From Hormiphora californensis (taxonomy: Eukaryota; Animalia; Ctenophora): a DNA stretch of 64,000 bases. The notes below the pieces were generated by a model. That model made no database searches. It was not told the DNA's origin and saw nothing but the letters and a program-made list of their open reading frames with translations. The stretch is taken from contig CM035350.1 in the NCBI GenBank assembly GCA_020137815.1, forward strand, positions 4,092,001-4,156,000, given 5' to 3'. The position numbers and the translations under genes are program-made. This document shows positions 55,601 through 64,000 of the stretch, piece after piece (within the stretch, counting starts at the first letter, position 1; each line of letters opens with the position of its first letter).

Positions 55601-57054
55601 TCATAACTGCGAAGTTTCAAGGCCCAGGTCCTAGCCGTCTCTTCAGGAAGTGGTGCAGAAAGTGAAAAAAATGTTCTGAAATATTCAACAAAAGGTTGTT
55701 TTTTGGGAGATATGTTAACCTCAAATATCTGAACAACTATATGGCTTGAAGCTCTGAAACTTTGAATACTTGGTCTCCTTGATAAGATCAATCGATTGGT
55801 ACCATTTTCATCTGTGTAGGTGACATAAATACAAGCTTTTTTGAGGTTTACATTCATTATGGGCGAAAAGTTAACCTCAATTTTCTCCTTAACGGTGCGC
55901 GCTAAAACGATTCCAACTATTTCATCTGGTCCGGCTCTTCGAGCCGGACCAAACCCCGAAAGTGACTTTTTAGACCCCCCGACCCCCCCCTCTGGCCTTA
56001 ACCCTTGAAGTCGTTCATGTATCCACTTGTTCTTACTCTTAATCAGCGTCTCCTTGAAGATGGCTTTCGCTGCTTCCACGAGTTCTTTATTCCGAGTTGT
56101 TCGCCTGAATTGATAGTGTCGTAGAGCTCCTTGGAGATTTTTTGATAGTCCCGACAGTTCATGTGTCCAGAATGGTTTGCTATATCGACAGATAGTCTTC
56201 TTCGAGATGAATAGTTCACAAGCTTCTCTATGTATCCTCAGAAACTCCTTGTACAAGTCCTCTGGATCTTCAGTTCCACGTATTTCCGGAAGATAACGCT
56301 CCAAAAATTCCTTCCACTCGTCCCACTCTGCTTCCTCGTAGTTGAATACCCTCTTCCGCTGTATGTGTTTATTGACCTGACCAATTGTTATATGTACTGG
56401 TATGTGTCCTCGATCCGGCGCTCCAGTGAACAGACAAAGCCCTTCGTCCTGATCGACCCAAAGTCCCCTAAGTGGTCCAGAGTTGCCAAATATCAATGTT
56501 AGATCTATGACACTACCTCCTCCAGCGCATAGAAACGTATTCCTCATCGGTGATAAGATCCGGGCCCCCTGCTGGTTACAAAATGTCTCTAGTAGATGAC
56601 CATTGCTGTTGTAAAGTCTATCGCCCCAAGCTTGTCCTCTCGCGTTAAAGTCCCCCATGACTTGGAGAGTAGCAACCCCGTTTGCATAACAGTATCTCCA
56701 AGCCTCTTGAATGGTGCTCAGTAGTCTGCTGAGGTCCGACGACGGGCTACTGTATACCGAAGCATACATCACAGGTCGCTTTGAAGGTGTTGCAATCACG
56801 AAAACAGCTGCAACACCCTTTACTTCTAAACTGGGAATTCTCTGAGGATTGAACGACTTATCAACCGAGATGGTGACACCTTGATCGTCTGCAACTCCAA
56901 AAGTTCGTAGGTTTTTGAAAACGTCCTCGTTTGGTACCGTACCGGTTTCCTGCAGTGCCAGTACCGTGATGTTTCTATCGGAACAATAGTGGTCAATCGC
57001 TGTACTGGAATGAGAAGAGAGGCCCGAAATATTTAGTTGACAGATACTAACCAT
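52671..57054 (-). CDS. LINE ORF2 (AP endonuclease + reverse transcriptase), split by insertion 55014-55997
   Basis: APE motifs QLNISGL, ALQET, MGDFNA...WG and SVIDLTL. RT motifs SFRPIT, QEGFLPNRSC, LIDFEKAFDSV, GLPQGAVLSPLLFILY, KFADDG and KVLGVYLD. C-terminal CLECG...HKLFEC. Removing the insert plus one TTAA restores the frame (RLQGL|NVHDSN). Confidence 0.92.
55014..55997. mobile_element. 984-bp non-autonomous foldback DNA transposon with TTAA target-site duplication (Kolobok-like termini)
   Basis: TTAA at 55010-55013 and 55998-56001. TIRs GGCCAGAGGGGGGGGTC... and ...GACCCCCCCCTCTGGCC. Internal ~355-bp inverted arms at ~55142-55498 and ~55524-55880. Confidence 0.9.
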
Positions 57055-57424
57055 GATGAAGATCGTTTTGATGGGCAGTATATACTGGACAGGTTGTACT
57101 GTTGGAGTTGTGATTTCCACTGCAGTGGATACACTTGGCCTCGGCTTGACAGGGATCCGCTGTATGCGTGCTTACCCTCTCACCACATTGAACGCAGGCC
57201 TCGTTGTTATTGCACCATGCGGTCCAGTGCCCGTATTTCCAACACTTTCGACATTGGAGCGGTTTGATCACCCGTCTGTCGATATACTCACGTATACGGA
57301 AGTGCCTTGTGTCTATGTTTAGTCCCATAGTTATAGCCTTATTCCTCAGATCTTCCGATTCAAAGATATAAATAAGAGCAACACGTGATAGGCGATAGCA
57401 ATCATCAATAAACAAGTTACACAA
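57047..57424 (-). CDS. LINE ORF1 C-terminal fragment (gag-like zinc knuckles)
   Basis: QCRKCWKYGHWTAWC, CVQCGERVSTHTADPC and CIHCSGNHNSNSTTCP. Its stop overlaps the ORF2 start (ATGGTTAG). Confidence 0.85.
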   Translation of the reverse strand: MCNLFIDDCYRLSRVALIYIFESEDLRNKAITMGLNIDTRHFRIREYIDRRVIKPLQCRKCWKYGHWTAWCNNNEACVQCGERVSTHTADPCQAEAKCIHCSGNHNSNSTTCPVYTAHQNDLHHG

Positions 57425-58023
57425 TAAACATCACAGCGACAAACACCATGAACTGTATCCAGTCGAATATCGAAAGTACCGGTTGGCGAAAAGTACAAAT
57501 TGACAGCGAATTTTAGGGTTAATTTTCAACATGGTAAATCCTTCAGTCACCCCGGATCCCCTGAGACATGACGGCTACCACAGGGACGGCCGACGGTGCA
57601 TGGCTTTCAGCCGCGTCCACGGATGTGGGTCGAGGTAAGGGCGGAGCCCCAGCAGGGGGTTGGTAGGGGTAGGGGCGGAGGGTGCTACGAGCGCCGTCCC
57701 TGGGTGGAGGCTCCACAACGGGGATCAGTGCAGGACTCAAAGGGCAGTTGCTGACACCACTAAAGAAACGGGCGATTGCAAATCAAAATTAAGATCCAAG
57801 GATGAACCGTATGTCAAGCATTTGTTTCCTCATTCCTGAATGAACACAAGGCGACACACGCGGCTTGAGAGTTGAGCTATGAGTCGTGAGCGACGAAATT
57901 CGAAAATCAAAAAATCAAAATTCGGTGACTTTTTGAAACTTTGAAGTTTGGGTTGTGAAAAACTAACGCGCACAATAACGTATTGAAATATTGAGACTCA
58001 TCGCGATTAACTCTTCATACGGT

Positions 58024-58430
58024 TAAAGTGTAAGCGAAACTAAAACGAACCCCCTGCGCGGCTCAAATTGAACGTTTTTGGTCATAACTCCGTCAATTCT
58101 TAACCAAATTGCTTAAATTTGGACTCGTTGGAAAGTCCTGAATGCCCTCTTGCCAATGAACCCAAGATCGTGCAATTTGGTCAAGAATTGACGGAGTTAT
58201 GACCAAAAACGACAGAATGTACTTTTTCAGCACTATTTAGTATGTTTTTGGTGATAACTCCGTCAATTCTTGACCAAATTGCATAAACCTGGGTTCATTG
58301 GAAAGAAGACATTCAGGGCTTTCCAAGGAGCCCAAATTTAAGCGATTTGGTTAAGAATTGACGGAGTTATGACCAAAAACGTTCAATATGAGCCGCGCAG
58401 GGGGTTCGTTTTAGTTTCGCTTACACTTTA
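58024..58430. repeat. ~400-bp nested palindrome (foldback/MITE-like)
   Basis: Outer arms TAAAGTGTAAGCGAAACTAAAACGAACCCCCTGCGCGGCTCA... and ...TGAGCCGCGCAGGGGGTTCGTTTTAGTTTCGCTTACACTTTA. The motif GTTTTTGGTSATAACTCCGTCAATTCTT occurs four times in alternating orientation. Confidence 0.88.
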
Positions 58431-59191
58431 CCCCCTTTCTCTCTTCGGCAGCTTCTTTGGCCTACTATGCTACAGGAAAAACGCGCGCACTTGGGGTCTG
58501 CAGCGCATGCCAAGCAGCTTCTCTTCGGCTGTTGGAAAGTGATGCCAATCGGTGTTGGGGTTAGTTTCTTAAAAAAATTGAAATATTGCGATGCCAACAA
58601 CGGTAAACGCGGGTTTTATTCGTAAGCGGGGCATTATTAGCGCGCGACGCATTTTGTGCATAACACAGTGGACCCACGCGGACAGCTTTGGGCCCACCGA
58701 AACTGCACGCGCAAATCAATGTCCGCGCGCACCATTTGTAAGAGTTTCATTTTTCCATCGCGCGTTCTGGGAATCTCTGTGAAATAACTTTGCGCATTTT
58801 CTCTCACAGAGTGTCCCAGTGTGTACAATCGCGAATCTTTAGTGGGTGTGAGCCATCCCGATAACTCTGATCTGTTTAGTGTGTTCCTAAATTTGCTTGA
58901 ATCTCGTTAGTATCAAGTTCAAATAAATTACACAGTTAATACAACATACAGTGCGGAAATTCCCATCTCGTGGGTCCTCCTTTATAATTTATTAACTCTA
59001 GCTCTCCCGTTTCTCCCACTTTCACTCCCCTCACTTTGGCTACAGATGCTGATTAACGTGTATTATTTAGCAATGATAATGTTACTCCTCGGTGTGTGAA
59101 CTGTGACTGATTACGATTTTCTGAAAGGGATCTCACAACTACAATTGCCGTTTCATCTCACTGATTTCTGATTTACTGCTTACATGAGGAG

Positions 59192-59800
59192 GTAAGAGTT
59201 ACTTGCAACAATAAGCAATTTGATTTATAGTTTTGCTGATCGACCTGTTAAGTGCAAACCCACGGCTGTTCTAACTCACCTCTCCTCTCCCCAGATCTCC
59301 GCGATTGCATGGGGTAGATGTGCCTGGGCTGAGATGTGATTTGCGGTTAGGGTGCCTTGATGTCTGATGAGGAATCAAAACACACCCAGTTCGACAGAGT
59401 AAACTTCTTTAACCATGATACAAGAGTTCTGATGACCGATAACTTCAAAAAAATGGTAGGTTAAGAGTAGTGAGTCTGTTTAAGTTAGTTATTTGTTTTA
59501 TTAATTGAGAAAGTAAGAGTTACTTGCAAAAATTAGCCATTTGGTTTATGGTTTTGCTGATCTCCCTGTGTAAACCCACGGCCACACTGTTCTAACTCAC
59601 CCCCCCCCAGGTGCTGATCCCATATGTGTACAGTATACTGTATAACTCCGCGATTGCATGGGGAAGATGTGCCTGAGCTGAGAATTGAGATGTGATTTGC
59701 GGGGAAGGAGTCAAACCACACCCAGTTCATTATGGGACCTTCTGAGGGACTTAACAAATGGTAGGTAATAAGTAGTGAGCCTGTTTGAGTTTTTATTCAA
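59192..59800 (+). repeat. Diverged tandem duplication (~320-bp unit) of an intron+exon-like module
   Basis: Units starting at 59192 and 59513 share GTAAGAGTTACTTGCAA, TTTTGCTGATC, CTGTTCTAACTCACC...CCCCAG, CTCCGCGATTGCATGGGG, CACACCCAGTTC and AAATG|GTAGGT. Confidence 0.75.
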
Positions 59801-59841
59801 ATCTAATAAATCGATATACTCTCTGTTTCTCTCTCTCTCTC

Positions 59842-59967
<126 letters not shown>

Positions 59968-61220
59968 GACTTACCCTTCTTTTCAGGTAACAGTAGGATA
60001 TAGCTCCTTTGAAGTGAAACCCGCCATGATTAGTGGTGTCAGTGAGAAACACTACGTGAGTCGTGATAACTTATCATTATGTTACAATATCGTCGGACAA
60101 TTCAAGGGACACATGCGTTTATTTACCGGGGTGTGTGTGTTTTCAAACTTTTGTGTCTGTTGCACCTGTAGTGAGAAAATGAGTTCGTCCCGAGTTGCCT
60201 AAATGTTTCTTGTTACCCGGATATATAATGTAATCGATTTTGCTTTCTGTGAGAGTTTTTTAAACATATATTTCAAAACTGTGTGTAACTTTTTAGTAAT
60301 CCTACTTATTACAACAATTAAACTCCACTGTTTCTATTTGTTTCCGGGCTGCTGATAGGGTTTTATTATGGCCCGTGAAATTAGGCCAGGTGGTGGAAGA
60401 TAGGGAAAAGTCTCCTCTTTGATTTCCGTGAGTTTTAAAATCTCAAACATGACAAATCCTTGTGTTTTACCACGGTTCGTTGCCAGATGCACTACAAGCT
60501 CGAATGGTTACTCATTTTAATTTCAATTATTCTGTGCCCAATCACAATATCTTCGGTGGGAAAATACTGGGATTGTCTCATCTCCACACTGAGTCCTGAG
60601 AGCTCTTAAATGGGGAAAGTTCAACTCTCCGCACAAACACTAGCTGGATATGACCGCGCGAGCTGTACAAACGGAGTACAAACGTAAGTATTGTAAGCAC
60701 TCGTTTAGAACGTTCTTTCCTTCCACGCGCAGTGTTCCCGCGAAACTCAGTGGGTTCACACCCATCACCATTGTTCCAATTATGAGAAAACTAGCATAGG
60801 GCGGAGTAAGATTTTTTTTGGAGGTTAAAGGGGGACTTCCAACGCTTCTTTCAGTAGCTGCATGATACGCTACTCGATAGGCGTGTTGCTTTATTTTCCA
60901 CAATGGTCAAAATCACTATTGTTGATCTGCTGGGCTAAATAAGCACATTTACGCCTACCCAATCAAGCTGCATACACCTACAACAATTCCCTAACAGTCA
61001 AAAAAAACTTGGGGTTTCAAAGGTTTCTGGTTTTCCTGAAAAAGGCAAAAAACGACAGGTCATCGACCGCGCAAATGTCAGTCGCGCAAACCGTTTGTCC
61101 CAAATCGCGCGTTTGGGTCCACTGTGCATAATCAATACGAGAATTTTTTTTAAAGCCAAAAAAAGTTGGCCAGCGTTAAAATCTGTGTGTTTCGTGAGGG
61201 TGAGTGCCGACAAACGGTTT

Positions 61221-61285
61221 TTTAGGGTTAGGCCTAAAGTAGGGTTAGGGTTAGGGTTGGGGTTTGGGTTTGGGTTGGGGTTAGG
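61221..61285 (+). repeat. Degenerate interstitial telomere-like (TTAGGG)n tract
   Basis: TTTAGGGTTAGG...AGGGTTAGGGTTAGGGTTGGGGTTTGGGTTTGGGTTGGGGTTAGG. Confidence 0.7.
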
Positions 61286-61725
61286 CCTTGACATTTCCTA
61301 CCAGATAAACTTTGAATTAGCCAAAACGGTTGTGTGGTTTGGCCGTTGGCGGTTAGAGCCATTTTAGTGAATCAACTTTTTTGGCAGCGTTCACCTGTAA
61401 ACAGGCCCCGAAACACCCAGATCGTAACGGCGCCCAAAAATTTCCCCGGAACTCTCGTCACTTTTGACTTTTCTGTTTTCAGGAAAACAAATTAAAAACT
61501 TATCGGCTGTGCCAATACAACCTTGAAGGGCTGGTTTCACCGTCCGCGGCATCATAATGATTGGAGTGGGGGCCACTGGGTGACCTCCAAACTGGTCTCG
61601 CGTGTGTTAGCGTGGGTTCAGGCATCCAGGAAACGTGTGTGATGATTATTCTGTTAAGATTGCTTGACGACTCAAGTCTCAAAGATTTTTAGAACTGCAG
61701 TGAAAAATATTTAGCATTTAGTATT

Positions 61726-64000
<2,275 letters not shown>

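Larger units (their letters stand above)
52104..57424 (-). mobile_element. Non-LTR retrotransposon (LINE; APE-RT with zinc-knuckle ORF1), 5'-truncated, interrupted by a DNA element
   Basis: ORF1 end with CCHC-type knuckles, ORF2 with APE, RT and C-terminal Cys/His motif, an AT-rich 3' UTR, and a (TAA)n tail at ~52104-52125. Confidence 0.93.

Noticed and set aside
55582-55997. C-terminal part of the 512-aa ORF as a novel domain fused to the AP endonuclease
   Set aside because: It is read-through into the inserted foldback element.
61221-61285. True telomere or chromosome fusion site
   Set aside because: The tract is short, degenerate and single-orientation, and is embedded in repeat-like sequence.

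Overview
Eukaryotic, intron-rich animal genomic DNA with short GT-AG introns and many (AG/CT)n tracts. The intronic repeat families and gene content suggest a ctenophore such as Pleurobrachia (inference). Genes in order: 3' end of ROCK ending in an unexpected CaaX box (+), TMEM260 (+), MCCC2 (+), MORN2 (+), DRG2 (+), an MPP2/MPP6-type MAGUK with a ~700-aa N-terminal extension (+), CFAP58 (-), and a GH9 endoglucanase with a PEPEPTDK linker (-, runs off the window). The 11.7-kb last intron of MORN2 holds four nested genes: an intronless EFF-1/AFF-1-family cell-cell fusogen (+), a rhodopsin-like GPCR (-), an ETS factor (+) and PDRG1 (+). Between CFAP58 and the GH9 lies a LINE whose ORF2 is split by a TTAA-duplicating foldback element. 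The top candidate is the fusogen, which has a hydrophobic cd-loop and an RGD loop. Also notable are tandem arrays of splice acceptors and unpaired acceptors just before ATGs. Three stretches (~10.3-11.75, 20.7-22.2 and 31.4-33.35 kb) look like low-quality consensus. Alignments to known proteins were made by eye from memory; no searches were run.
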